This document shows, piece by piece, positions 27,519 to 37,436 of a stretch of DNA of 49,938 nucleotides. The notes below the pieces were generated by a model. The model saw only the letters and a program-made list of their open reading frames with translations. It ran no database searches and was not told where the DNA came from. Source of the DNA: an uncultured virus (IMG/VR IMGVR_UViG_3300032167_000030) (Duplodnaviria; Heunggongvirae; Uroviricota; Caudoviricetes); IMG/VR virus record IMGVR_UViG_3300032167_000030, one strand, 5' to 3'. Positions within the stretch are counted from its first letter, which is position 1. Each line of letters opens with the position of its first letter. The position numbers and the translations under genes are program-made.

Positions 27519-27923
27519 TTATAGATTAAAAAACTTAGAGAACTTACCCTTTAGTGTATCTATAAAAGATTCCTTAGTAGATTTTACTGTATCATTCTGT
27601 TCTTGCTCTTTTCTTTCTTTTTCTAGCTTTTCTTTCTCAGCCATTTTTGTAATTTCTTTTATTAAATCATCTATCATTGCTTTAGCTTTTTTAACTTCTA
27701 ATAATGCTAATAAGTATTTAGCATTTTCTTGTATTAGTACTTGTTTTAGTTTAGTTACTTCAGCTATAGCTAATTCAAACATTAGACTTTCATAGATACT
27801 AAAACTTTCAGCATTATCTTCATTTAGTAAGTTATTGTCCTCTATATAATCCATTATTGCGTCATAGGCTTCCAAAGTTAGTTCAAAGTTTAAAAAACTC
27901 TTTTCTGTATCTGAATTATTCAT
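27519..27923 (-). CDS. Hypothetical coiled-coil protein
   Basis: ORF track starts at 27983; RBS gagga favours ATG 27923. Confidence 0.65.
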   Translation of the reverse strand: MNNSDTEKSFLNFELTLEAYDAIMDYIEDNNLLNEDNAESFSIYESLMFELAIAEVTKLKQVLIQENAKYLLALLEVKKAKAMIDDLIKEITKMAEKEKLEKERKEQEQNDTVKSTKESFIDTLKGKFSKFFNL

Positions 27924-28005
27924 ATGTAAAATCCTCATTCTTTTAAAAAAGATAAAGTATGATTCTCTAAATAGGTTAATCATACTTTATCTTTATTGTT
28001 AAAAC

Positions 28006-29229
28006 TTAAAAGTGTTTCTTAAGAGATTCATCTCTTGCTTCATTTACTTCTTTAGCAATAGTAGGTCTAGTAACAGGTGTATAACGATCACCAGGTTTGA
28101 CAACTGTACGAGCACTAGATCTATTAACAATAGATCGCTCTTCTCTAATCTGCTGTTCATTTCTTAGTAAAGGCTTACCAGAAGGTCTCTTACTATATTT
28201 GAAATTTTCAGATTGATTTTCAAAGCCACGTTCCTTACGCCATTCATCTTCTAAGACTGCCTTTGCTGCCATCTTACGTTTCTGTGCTCTAACACCTTTT
28301 CCCTTTTTCTTTAACTTGTCTTCATAAGGCTGATAGAACTCAGCAAATTCTTCTTTAAATTTTTCAGATGTTTTCTGATACATAAAGATACTATTCCACT
28401 TTACATAATTCTTATACTGACGAATAAAGTACATGCTTAGTACTTGATAACGAGAAATTCTTCCCCAGTCAACATCATCTCTATGCTTTGCAATAAATCC
28501 TTCAGACATTTTCTGAGATTTAGAAGCATAGAACCAATCAATCTTATCAGCAAACTCATCCATAAACTTTTCAGATAGTTTCTGATACTGAGAGATGAAC
28601 TTCCAGTTAACCATATCTTGATACTGGCGAATAAAGTCTTCAGATAGAGTTCTTTGCCATTCAGAAATCTTTTCCCAGTTTACATCATTAACATGTTTAC
28701 GAATAAAGTTTTCAGATAGTCTAGAATGCATAGATACTTCAGTCCAATCTACGCAATACTTGTAATCTTCAATTAGATCTTCAGACAATCTAGCCTTAGA
28801 AATCTGAGTCCAATCCCAATACTTATCATATTTTCTAATTAGTTCTTCATCAACCTGTCTGAGCTTTGTCATTTCCTTAGAAGCCAAAGGCCAGTAGATC
28901 TTATCAGCAAAATGATCAGCAAATGTTTCATCTAAATCATGTCTAATTAGTTTTCTAGCCTGAGTCTTCCAATACTTAGTAGGAAGCATATCCATAAAGT
29001 ATTCTACAAATGGAATAGAAAGTTGATTAAACTCATTACAATAGTTCCAGAACTTATGATTAGCTTCTTCACTAAAGAAATGATCAAACATCTTTAGTCT
29101 TTCTTCATCAGGCATGTCAAATAGTTTTACAAATTTCTTGTACTTTACATTTCTAGGATCATCGCTATATTCTTCAATTTCATCTTCTTCATCAATAACA
29201 GATTTGTTAAATCTTTTCTGATCAGTCAT
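28006..29229 (-). CDS. Tryptophan-repeat protein
   Basis: At least seven tandem ~23-aa units WxxISxxQxLSExFIxxxxDxV(D/N). Confidence 0.85.
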   Translation of the reverse strand: MTDQKRFNKSVIDEEDEIEEYSDDPRNVKYKKFVKLFDMPDEERLKMFDHFFSEEANHKFWNYCNEFNQLSIPFVEYFMDMLPTKYWKTQARKLIRHDLDETFADHFADKIYWPLASKEMTKLRQVDEELIRKYDKYWDWTQISKARLSEDLIEDYKYCVDWTEVSMHSRLSENFIRKHVNDVNWEKISEWQRTLSEDFIRQYQDMVNWKFISQYQKLSEKFMDEFADKIDWFYASKSQKMSEGFIAKHRDDVDWGRISRYQVLSMYFIRQYKNYVKWNSIFMYQKTSEKFKEEFAEFYQPYEDKLKKKGKGVRAQKRKMAAKAVLEDEWRKERGFENQSENFKYSKRPSGKPLLRNEQQIREERSIVNRSSARTVVKPGDRYTPVTRPTIAKEVNEARDESLKKHF

Positions 29230-29375
29230 ATTTGATCTTCTCCTTTTCTTAATAGAATTTTAATGTATGTTTGTAAACCATACGTTATTTTGATATATGG
29301 AATTATTTTAAGCATTTTTAAAGAAATAATTCTTTTATATCAAAGTTAGAATAATAGATATTTTTATAATTGAAA

Positions 29376-29412
29376 AATACAGATATAGCTTTTGTTAAGC
29401 TATATCTGTATT
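29376..29412 (-). terminator. Intrinsic terminator
   Basis: aatacagatatagctt/aagctatatctgtatt stem. Confidence 0.75.
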
Positions 29413-29417
29413 ATCTA

Positions 29418-29849
29418 TTATAGATATCCTTCTTCTCTAAGCATATCTCTAGTCTTATGTCTTAAGTAACTCTTGTTATACTCTTTCCAGATGATCTTGT
29501 CCTTATACTTACGAATGAAATCATCAGGTAGGCCCTTAATCTTAGAAATCTTATACCAGTTAACTAAGTCATCACAGTAATTTTCTAGATCAAGAGAATA
29601 TAGTGTATGTAAATCATACAAATCTAAGTTATCCCAATCAAGATTCTTTAAGAAATCTTCATCAGACTGCTTATCGCAATTACACTCTTCACAGTGACAC
29701 TCAGTTTCAATAGTTTCTTCTACAGGGATATCTAATTCTTCATCATTCTTTTCTTCAATTACCTCATCGGTAGGTTCTGTAATTACAGCAATTTCTGTAT
29801 TTTTCTCGCTCTTAAATAGGCTATGAAGCCAGTTAAAAAATTTTCTCAT
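29418..29849 (-). CDS. Protein with C-terminal tryptophan-repeat units
   Basis: LVNWYKISKIKGLPDDFIRKYKDKIIW; CHCEECNC linker. Confidence 0.7.
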   Translation of the reverse strand: MRKFFNWLHSLFKSEKNTEIAVITEPTDEVIEEKNDEELDIPVEETIETECHCEECNCDKQSDEDFLKNLDWDNLDLYDLHTLYSLDLENYCDDLVNWYKISKIKGLPDDFIRKYKDKIIWKEYNKSYLRHKTRDMLREEGYL

Positions 29850-29921
29850 TATTTACTTCTTCCTTTCATAAAAAGTATCATTAATAATTTTTTCACTAAA
29901 ACATACTTTAAGGAAATAAAA

Positions 29922-29954
29922 AAAAGGTATAATCCGTATTGGATTATACCTTTT
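29922..29954 (-). terminator. Intrinsic terminator after nrdJ
   Basis: aaaaggtataatcc/ggattatacctttt inverted repeat. Confidence 0.8.
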
Positions 29955-29965
29955 ATAGTTTTTAA

Positions 29966-32224
29966 TTAAGAACAAGTAGAATAACCACAGTTAGTACAAC
30001 TGTCACATCCATTAGTAAAGCTTAGTGGTTCTCCACATTCTGGACACTTAATAGGTTTAGAATGATCAACATTAGCATTAGTCTTCTCTACTTTTTTCTC
30101 TACTTTCTTTTGAACAGCAGATTCTTTTTTAGTATTAGAAGAAAATTGATTGATCTCATCTTTCATTTCCTTCTGTAATTCAATCAATGCCTTACCAACT
30201 GCAACAGGACAGCAACTACCAGGACTTGTATCACCCTTTGTTGCTCTTCTTACTGCATAACTAGGACATACACCACAACTATTAAGCTGATCAACAATTT
30301 CTGCTGTAGAAACACCATTTTTAGCAGCTAGACTAATCATTCTAGATAAACCAATCATGAAGTTATTGCAGCCACCAGTAGAACCCTTAGCTAAGAAGAC
30401 TTCTTTTAGTTCACCAGTATGTCTATCAAAGAATGCCTGTAAATGTAAACTACCGCAACCAGTAGTTAGAGTTTTTCTCTTACCGACTAGACTATCAGCT
30501 AGTTCAATAACAGACTTTTCTTCTTCTTTAGGTTTATCAGTATTTAGAATAGCTACTCTCTTACAGTTATCACGGAACATAGTGATACCCTTTAGACCAG
30601 CGTTCCAAGCATACATATATGCTTCCATTACATCTTCAACTGTAAAATCTTCAGGTACATTAAGAGTAGAACTAATAGCACCATCAATCCAATGTTGAGC
30701 TGCAGCCTGCATATTGATTCTTTCTCTCCAATTGATATCCTTTGCAGTTACAAAGTAATCAGGAAGATCCTTTTCATCAGTTATACCATTGGCTTTCATA
30801 TATGCTTCTACAATAGGAGTATATACTTTATAAACTACATCATTGTTATTTCCATGTAAGCTTTGAGTAGTTCTAGTATAGGAATTAGCAAAGATAGGTT
30901 CAATACCACCACTAATACCTAACATAGTGGAAAGAGTACCAGTAGGAGCAATAGTTAGTAACTGAGAATTTGCTAGTTTATCTAGTTTCTTATTATTAGA
31001 TGTAAATACATTTAATCTTTTATAAAATGCTGACTGAACGACTTTATTCTTTTTAAAGTTAGGATAAGAACCATACTTATCGGCTAAGTTATAGGATTCT
31101 TTAAAAGATTCATATGCAATAGTTTTCATTACATTATACAGTACTGTAGATGCTTCTTCTGAACCATAACGTACACCAAGCTTAATAAGCATATCAGAAA
31201 TACCCATAACACCAAGACCAATCTGTCTCCAATTGTTAACGGATTCTTTCTGAATGTCTAGAGGATGCTTAGATAAACCTTCATGTAAAACTTCATTTAA
31301 TGCTCTAGTTGCAATTCTAACGGTTTCTTCTAAATCTATATAATCAATATATGCATCATCTGTAAAAGGTTCACCTACAAATTCTGCTAGATTAATAGAA
31401 CCTAGATTACATGCACCACCAGCAGGTAGAGGCATTTCTCCACAGGGATTAGTACCAGCATAACTAAAATCCTTATCAAATTCTAGTAAGTTACCATTAG
31501 ATACAGTATCCCAGAATAGTAGACCAGGTTCTGCATAGTTATGATTAGTTTCACAAATTAGTCTGAATAAATCTTTAGCTTTAACTTCTTTACTAATAGT
31601 TTCTTTAGTTTCATCTCTTGTAAAAGACATAGTCCACATTTCATCATTTACAACAGCTTTCATAAAATCATCAGAAACTCTTACAGAGATATTTGCTTTA
31701 GTAACTCTATCTAGATCTGTCTTACACTTAATGAATTCCTCAATGTCAGGGTGAGATACTGACATAGATAACATCAAAGCACCTCTACGTCCATTCTGAC
31801 CAATCAAGCCTGTAACCATGGAGTATAGATCCATAAATGAAATAGCACCACTAGTATACTTAGCGGTATTGTTAATCTTAGCACCATTAGGAGCTAACTT
31901 AGATAAATCAAAACCAATACCACCACCATAGCTATATGTTCTAGCCATGTTCTTAGCAGTATCAAAAATACTTTCTATGTTATCTTCAGGAGCAGGAAGA
32001 ACGTAACAATTACTGTAAGTAGCTTTTCTATCAAGTAGTCTATTTGAAAGAATTCTTCCACCAAATAAAAACTTCTTTTCAAGAATTAACTGTTTTACTT
32101 CATCATCCTTACCACTTACTCTATCTAGCCATTCGTCAAAAGATTCATCATCTTGACGATATTTCTTTTCCCAAATATCAATTCCAAGTTGGTTGTCTTT
32201 TCCTAACCATTCAGCTACATTCAT
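29966..32224 (-). CDS. nrdJ: Class II (adenosylcobalamin) ribonucleotide reductase
   Basis: SNCY, RRGALM, ANISV, TNPCGE, CNLGSINL, IAPTGT and ISSTLN; C-terminal TGCG domain plus CPECG...CTNCG ribbon. Confidence 0.9.
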   Translation of the reverse strand: MNVAEWLGKDNQLGIDIWEKKYRQDDESFDEWLDRVSGKDDEVKQLILEKKFLFGGRILSNRLLDRKATYSNCYVLPAPEDNIESIFDTAKNMARTYSYGGGIGFDLSKLAPNGAKINNTAKYTSGAISFMDLYSMVTGLIGQNGRRGALMLSMSVSHPDIEEFIKCKTDLDRVTKANISVRVSDDFMKAVVNDEMWTMSFTRDETKETISKEVKAKDLFRLICETNHNYAEPGLLFWDTVSNGNLLEFDKDFSYAGTNPCGEMPLPAGGACNLGSINLAEFVGEPFTDDAYIDYIDLEETVRIATRALNEVLHEGLSKHPLDIQKESVNNWRQIGLGVMGISDMLIKLGVRYGSEEASTVLYNVMKTIAYESFKESYNLADKYGSYPNFKKNKVVQSAFYKRLNVFTSNNKKLDKLANSQLLTIAPTGTLSTMLGISGGIEPIFANSYTRTTQSLHGNNNDVVYKVYTPIVEAYMKANGITDEKDLPDYFVTAKDINWRERINMQAAAQHWIDGAISSTLNVPEDFTVEDVMEAYMYAWNAGLKGITMFRDNCKRVAILNTDKPKEEEKSVIELADSLVGKRKTLTTGCGSLHLQAFFDRHTGELKEVFLAKGSTGGCNNFMIGLSRMISLAAKNGVSTAEIVDQLNSCGVCPSYAVRRATKGDTSPGSCCPVAVGKALIELQKEMKDEINQFSSNTKKESAVQKKVEKKVEKTNANVDHSKPIKCPECGEPLSFTNGCDSCTNCGYSTCS

Positions 32225-32330
32225 CTAAACATCTCCTTTATACATTTATAACAAATACTATCACCTTAGTGATTTATGTTTTGTGTAATTTTTTGTTATA
32301 GTGAAAATTTGTGTTTTTCAAAAAAATTAA

Positions 32331-32359
32331 GGAAGAATGACAGTTTTTGTCATTCTTCC
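32331..32359 (-). terminator. Intrinsic terminator
   Basis: ggaagaatgaca/tgtcattcttcc stem. Confidence 0.7.
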
Positions 32360-32371
32360 CCTAATACTTTT

Positions 32372-32617
32372 TTATCTATGATTACGTCTACGACTCGCCT
32401 TAGTCATTTTAGTGCGAGATCTTCTTTGTTTCTTTGTCATAGCTTTTGGTTTAGTAGCTCTATTAGCATTATTCTGATTGTTAAAATTGAAATCAAAATC
32501 ATCTGAATTTTTAGTACTGATAAAAGCTTGTTCTGGATCAATTGGTAGTTCTGTATCTGTAGTAAATACAATATCATCTAAATTTTCTGTAGATTGAAAA
32601 GTATTCTCGTTATTCAT
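32372..32617 (-). CDS. Hypothetical protein with acidic N-terminus and Arg/Lys-rich C-terminus
   Basis: 81 aa ORF with TAATG coupling to the upstream gene. Confidence 0.7.
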   Translation of the reverse strand: MNNENTFQSTENLDDIVFTTDTELPIDPEQAFISTKNSDDFDFNFNNQNNANRATKPKAMTKKQRRSRTKMTKASRRRNHR

Positions 32618-32877
32618 TATTTAACCTCTTCAACTTCAATAGTTTCATCTTCAACATGATGCTGTGCGTCTCTTAAAGTCTTACCTTCAAGTTTCTTTAA
32701 TTCTTTAAGTGCTTTCTTTCTTCTATTTTCTTCTCTAATCTTCTTAATGTTACCTACAAATGTAGGAATGTCTACATTCAAAGTAATACCATTGAAATTA
32801 AAACTAGCTTCATTAGGCTTATAATATAGTTTTTCCATTTCTTGATTATTGTTTTGCTGATTAGAAACTTCATTCAT
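32617..32877 (-). CDS. Hypothetical protein
   Basis: 86 aa ORF, RBS aggagg, early-type motif at 32908-32918. Confidence 0.75.
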   Translation of the reverse strand: MNEVSNQQNNNQEMEKLYYKPNEASFNFNGITLNVDIPTFVGNIKKIREENRRKKALKELKKLEGKTLRDAQHHVEDETIEVEEVK

Positions 32878-32920
32878 AGTTAATAAACCTCCTCAATAGA
32901 ATCACTATAAGAATATATAC

Positions 32921-33313
32921 TTATTTTTCAAGATAACAAATTTCAATTTCAGGATAATTCTTTTCTATATACTCTACTTCATCTCTATTACTAATACAGA
33001 AATAAAAATACTTCCATTTTTTTGAATTCTTTTCAAAAGTATTAGCTAAATCATCTTCTATATACTGTGGTAGATTTTCATGAATAAGTTTTCCACATAC
33101 AGAACATTTCTTATATATACTAAACTGTGTTTTGTCCTTATACAATGTATAGCTACCAAATAATGTTTCTAATTTTTCTTCTTTTATCACATACTTATCA
33201 TATACATGTTTGTGATCGGCTTTCTTAGTCTTAGGTTTCTTTTTCTTCTGTTTGTCAGAAATCTGTTCTTTAGCTTCATACTCTTCAATGATTTCATTTG
33301 GATTATTAGTCAT
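32921..33313 (-). CDS. Hypothetical protein (HxH...CxxC)
   Basis: KADHKHVY...KCSVCGK. Confidence 0.7.
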   Translation of the reverse strand: MTNNPNEIIEEYEAKEQISDKQKKKKPKTKKADHKHVYDKYVIKEEKLETLFGSYTLYKDKTQFSIYKKCSVCGKLIHENLPQYIEDDLANTFEKNSKKWKYFYFCISNRDEVEYIEKNYPEIEICYLEK

Positions 33314-33334
33314 GAGTTTGTTTCAATCCTTTCT

Positions 33335-34684
33335 TTAGTAGTATTCATCATAGCTATTCCAAAATTCTCTATCTCTTTCATACAAAGGACTACGATAGTA
33401 TTTATCATCAATTAACATAATCAACTGTTTTTCAGCTCTTGTAATAGCAGTATACAGCCAACGTCTTTCAGTTTCTATATTGAAAGGTCTAAAGGACATT
33501 TTTTCGACTATAACAAGAACTTTACCATATCCATTACCCTGTGCTTTATGAACAGTCATAGCATAACCAAAATCAAAGATGTTAGTAATACTTCTACCGT
33601 CAAACTTACCTCTTTGAGAGGGTGGTTGTGTTTCTTCATCAAAATTACAGAAACTAACTTTGATATCTTCAAATACACATTCTGGATCAAAGTCACATCT
33701 AAAATCCATGATGAATTCTTTAGAAACTAGACTAACTGCTTTAATCTTGTTTACATAACCCATAGTGCCATTTACTAGATTTATATAGGTTCCTAATTTA
33801 GGACTATATGTTAATAGTTTCCAATTATTCTGAGTACAAACTACCTTATCTCCTACTTGAGGGATTATATCAGTAAATCCTAAATGTTTTCTAACAATTC
33901 GATTTATATTCTTTCTAGTTCTATTAGAACCACAAAGAATCTGATCTGCCCATGTATATAATTCTATAGCATCATCTATATCATCTAAACAATACATAGG
34001 TAATACTTCAGCATCTTCATTATAAGTACCATATGGAATAGCTATCTTATTTCTCGCTTTAAAAGATAGATCAATAATGGGACTTTCACCTTGTTGTCTT
34101 ACAATTTCTTCTAGTATAGAATCATACTCATCCATAAAGGTATTTACTTTATTCACTGGTTCGAGCTGACCTGAATCTCCAATCATCAAGACTTTAATAC
34201 CAAAACTTAGTATATCCTTTAACATTTCATCACTAGCCATAGAGTATTCATCTATAACAATTAGTTTGATTAAAGGATTTAGCTGAGTTTTCTTAGTAGT
34301 ATAGAATTTCTTCTCATATCTAATTGGTTCACGACTTAAATCATCTTCCATAACTCCAGTTTCTTTATTCTTTTTCTTATGGTAAACTGGATATTCTTCA
34401 ACTGTAGTTTCATAGATTAACTGATGAATAGTAGTCGCATTCTTATTACCTTTCTTAACTAAATTCATAGCTGCTGAACCAGTAAAAGCACAAAATGCAA
34501 CCTGTGAAACAGGATCTAGGCCTAACTCTTTAATAAGGAAATTGACTATGAAAGTCTTACCTGTTCCAGCATAACCTACTAAACGATAATACTGTTGATT
34601 ATCAACCAGATTCCACCACATGACCATTTTCTTTATAGCTCTTTGCTGATCATGTGTTAAAGAATCCATAGTAATTTCAGACAA
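33335..34684 (-). CDS. SF1B Dda/RecD-like DNA helicase
   Basis: GYAGTGKT, AFTGSAA, TIHQLIY, IDEYSM, GDSGQL, MTVHKAQG and LYTAITRA. Confidence 0.9.
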   Translation of the reverse strand: MSEITMDSLTHDQQRAIKKMVMWWNLVDNQQYYRLVGYAGTGKTFIVNFLIKELGLDPVSQVAFCAFTGSAAMNLVKKGNKNATTIHQLIYETTVEEYPVYHKKKNKETGVMEDDLSREPIRYEKKFYTTKKTQLNPLIKLIVIDEYSMASDEMLKDILSFGIKVLMIGDSGQLEPVNKVNTFMDEYDSILEEIVRQQGESPIIDLSFKARNKIAIPYGTYNEDAEVLPMYCLDDIDDAIELYTWADQILCGSNRTRKNINRIVRKHLGFTDIIPQVGDKVVCTQNNWKLLTYSPKLGTYINLVNGTMGYVNKIKAVSLVSKEFIMDFRCDFDPECVFEDIKVSFCNFDEETQPPSQRGKFDGRSITNIFDFGYAMTVHKAQGNGYGKVLVIVEKMSFRPFNIETERRWLYTAITRAEKQLIMLIDDKYYRSPLYERDREFWNSYDEYY

Positions 34685-34952
34685 TGTAAATACTCCTCCC
34701 TTCTAAATCAATAATCTTATGATTGCTATTAGTTAGCATTCTATCAAAAACTATTTTCTTATCAATTTCATATAAGTCTGCTACATAATAAAAACCATTA
34801 TACGTATAAGTTTTTGCATAATAAGTATCACAAATTTTACAATGATAGAAATTATCATAATCTGGTTTTAAATTCATATCAATATATTCACCTTTACAAT
34901 TATTACATTTAAATGACATAATTGTAGTAATAGATTCTAAATCTGAAGACAT
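34677..34952 (-). CDS. Small zinc-finger protein
   Basis: CNNC and CKIC. Confidence 0.65.
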   Translation of the reverse strand: MSSDLESITTIMSFKCNNCKGEYIDMNLKPDYDNFYHCKICDTYYAKTYTYNGFYYVADLYEIDKKIVFDRMLTNSNHKIIDLEGRSIYIV

Positions 34953-34958
34953 CTTATA

Positions 34959-35441
34959 TCATTCCTCTTCATAATCCGTTAAAGCTAACAGGATAGCTTT
35001 TAAAATAGCCTCATTTTCTTTTTTATATCCTTTAGATGTTTCTAAGAAAGTTTCTTTAGATCCATCATGGAATGTAATCAATACAATACCATAATATCCT
35101 TCATCATCTTTAATGACAGAACTATCTAAATCCTGTCCAATACTTTTACCAAATTCTACTAAAGCTTCTTCTAGTAAACATAGATGAGATTTATACTTAA
35201 TTGGATTGAATCTAATATAATGTCTATAGTTGTCTTTCTTTAAAATCTCATTAGCAGATTCACTATAATCAACAATTGTTTTACCATCAATGTTAAAAGG
35301 TAGAAATAGATTACAAATAATATCTTTATCTTTTTCAAAGATCTGCTGCTGCATAGTGTATTTTCCATTATCATGATCTAAATCTAAAACGTCTTCCATT
35401 TTCTCAATTAGGTAATCTGTTAAAATCTTTTTGTTCTCCAT
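34959..35441 (-). CDS. Hypothetical protein
   Basis: 160 aa ORF, RBS gggag. Confidence 0.75.
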   Translation of the reverse strand: MENKKILTDYLIEKMEDVLDLDHDNGKYTMQQQIFEKDKDIICNLFLPFNIDGKTIVDYSESANEILKKDNYRHYIRFNPIKYKSHLCLLEEALVEFGKSIGQDLDSSVIKDDEGYYGIVLITFHDGSKETFLETSKGYKKENEAILKAILLALTDYEEE

Positions 35442-35468
35442 ATATGTTTATTATCCTCCCTAAAAGTT

Positions 35469-36002
35469 TTAGATTTTTAATGAAATATCAAATAATTCTC
35501 TTTTGTAATCATTTGGATTAAAGTAGTCTAGATAATCAATCTCTAATAAAGCTAATGCAATATCTTTTTTAATTTCTTTACTTTTTATATGTTTTTCTTT
35601 TTTAAGAAATGTAATAATTGTCATTTTCTCTTCTTTATCAGATAAAATGCAATTTTGTCTCCAAGCATATAGAAAAATGAATTGTTTTTCCATATTTGTT
35701 AGATTTATTAAATCTGAATTGAAAAGACTAAACATTTTTGAAGTTATATCTGAACGTGAAATTACTTTCAAATTATAAATCTCTTTTAAATCATCTTTTG
35801 TTAATTTTGGTAATTCTTCATTTAAAAATTTCTTTAATTGATCGTCATGACTAAATGTTGTAATACTTTGAATTAGTAATCTAGCTAAAGATGCTTTTGA
35901 AACTTTATAGGTACCATTATTAAATGATTTTATCAAAGGGCTATCATAATCATTATATCGTTTACTAATTTCTTTTAAAGATTCTATTGTTAATTCTTTC
36001 AT
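35469..36002 (-). CDS. Hypothetical protein
   Basis: 177 aa ORF, RBS aaggag. Confidence 0.75.
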   Translation of the reverse strand: MKELTIESLKEISKRYNDYDSPLIKSFNNGTYKVSKASLARLLIQSITTFSHDDQLKKFLNEELPKLTKDDLKEIYNLKVISRSDITSKMFSLFNSDLINLTNMEKQFIFLYAWRQNCILSDKEEKMTIITFLKKEKHIKSKEIKKDIALALLEIDYLDYFNPNDYKRELFDISLKI

Positions 36003-36043
36003 ATTCTATCAAAACTCCTTTACAAAACAATATACTTACAATG

Positions 36044-36088
36044 TTAGAATATATATTTATAAGAAAAATTGTTTTTAACAACCTAATA
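36044..36088. promoter_or_regulatory. Back-to-back promoters: early motif on minus (36044-36054), late motif on plus (36077-36088)
   Basis: ATATATTCTAAcattG on minus and AACAacctaaTA on plus, in a divergent intergenic region. Confidence 0.6.
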
Positions 36089-36099
36089 ATAAAAGGAAG

Positions 36100-36876
36100 G
36101 TGATTTTCAATATGATAGAAGATATTTCTAAATTAGATACATCTAAATTTGTAATTGCTGAAGTTAGAGATAATATTGATCCAGATAATGAGGGAAAAGT
36201 ATCAGTTTTTATACCACAATTAATGTATGAGAATGAATATGATGAGAAACCTTTTGAAAATGAATTTAAAGTAGAATTAGATAAAAGCTTAATCCTTAAT
36301 TCTAAAGATTTTGAAGATTCTGAAATGGAATTAGAGGAAAGTAATTATATTTGGGCTAGACCAATGAGTTACTATGAAAGTAATAATCCAAATTGGAAAT
36401 ATAATGAATCATATTGTAGTTCTGGTTCATTAAGAATACCTAGAGTAGGTTCTCAAATCTTAGTATTGTTTTTTGATTCAGACTTACAGAAATGTTATTA
36501 CTTACCATTTTCAGCTAATACAGAAGGTAATAAAATAGATACTACAAATTGTATAAATCCTGGAAATTATGAAGATCCTGAAAAACGTTGTAATATAGAC
36601 GTTATTAGATCATATTGGGATGGATGTAGAATTGAAGTAGACACTAATGAACATACAATGAAATTAGTTGCTGGTGGAAATTCTATTGTAATTTCTGAAA
36701 GTGGAATAGAACTAAATGGTAACGTTACTATAAATGGTTCATCTGATGTTAATGGATCTGCTAATTTTAATAGTTCAGTTGATATCAGTGGCGCAACTTC
36801 GATTGGTGGTTCAATAGATGTTGGTGGTACAGGATATTTCCAAAGTGGTAGTAATATTGAATGTAAATGTAATTAA
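36100..36876 (+). CDS. Baseplate central spike protein (gp5/gpV-like OB fold plus beta-helix)
   Basis: DPDNEGKVSVFIP, WARP, IPRVGSQILVLF; C-terminal repeats LNGNVTINGSSDVNG. Confidence 0.75.
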   Translation: MIFNMIEDISKLDTSKFVIAEVRDNIDPDNEGKVSVFIPQLMYENEYDEKPFENEFKVELDKSLILNSKDFEDSEMELEESNYIWARPMSYYESNNPNWKYNESYCSSGSLRIPRVGSQILVLFFDSDLQKCYYLPFSANTEGNKIDTTNCINPGNYEDPEKRCNIDVIRSYWDGCRIEVDTNEHTMKLVAGGNSIVISESGIELNGNVTINGSSDVNGSANFNSSVDISGATSIGGSIDVGGTGYFQSGSNIECKCN

Positions 36877-36911
36877 AATTGTAGAAATTATAAAGGTGTG
36901 GTGTAAATTTT

Positions 36912-37391
36912 ATGGAGACAATAAACCTTTCTAAGTTTGATAGTACAGCTGGTGTTGCTAATATAAATAAATCATTAGAAAAAAGTGAAAATAATTCAAT
37001 GCTATTGACTAATCTTAGTCATAAAGTAAATTTTAATGACGAGTTTTATACATTTGATTATAATATTTTAGAAAGATATAAAGGATTTTTAGCTCAATTT
37101 GTAATAAAAGTTAATTGTCCAGAAGCTTATTATTATCATCCAGAAATAGTAGCTAAAAAAATTTATGGTAGCGTAGACTTTTGGTATTTAGTTATGATGT
37201 TTAATCCTATACCTTCTGCTGCTGAATTCAATTCTCCTGTTATAAACATTTATGATCCAACTAAAATATCACATATAAATCGTATAGTAAATTCATATAA
37301 TAGAAAATTGTTACTAAACAAAGATAAACCTGAATTTGTAGAAAAACATATTTTAACACCAGTTAGAGTTAAAGATACTAGATTATTATAA
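36912..37391 (+). CDS. Baseplate wedge protein (gp53-like LysM)
   Basis: YHPEIVAKKIYGSVDFWYLVMMFN pattern; adjacent to the spike gene. Confidence 0.7.
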   Translation: METINLSKFDSTAGVANINKSLEKSENNSMLLTNLSHKVNFNDEFYTFDYNILERYKGFLAQFVIKVNCPEAYYYHPEIVAKKIYGSVDFWYLVMMFNPIPSAAEFNSPVINIYDPTKISHINRIVNSYNRKLLLNKDKPEFVEKHILTPVRVKDTRLL

Positions 37392-37395
37392 AAAA

Positions 37396-37434
37396 ATTTT
37401 GGATATATCTCTAAAATGAGATATATCCAAAATT
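37396..37434. terminator. Bidirectional terminator
   Basis: attttggatatatctc/gagatatatccaaaat between convergent genes. Confidence 0.8.
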
Positions 37435-37436
37435 TG

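Noticed and set aside
27988..28000. Possible late promoter upstream of the 27519 gene
   Set aside because: Spacing is AACA-N7-TA, one base off the consensus, so it was not called.
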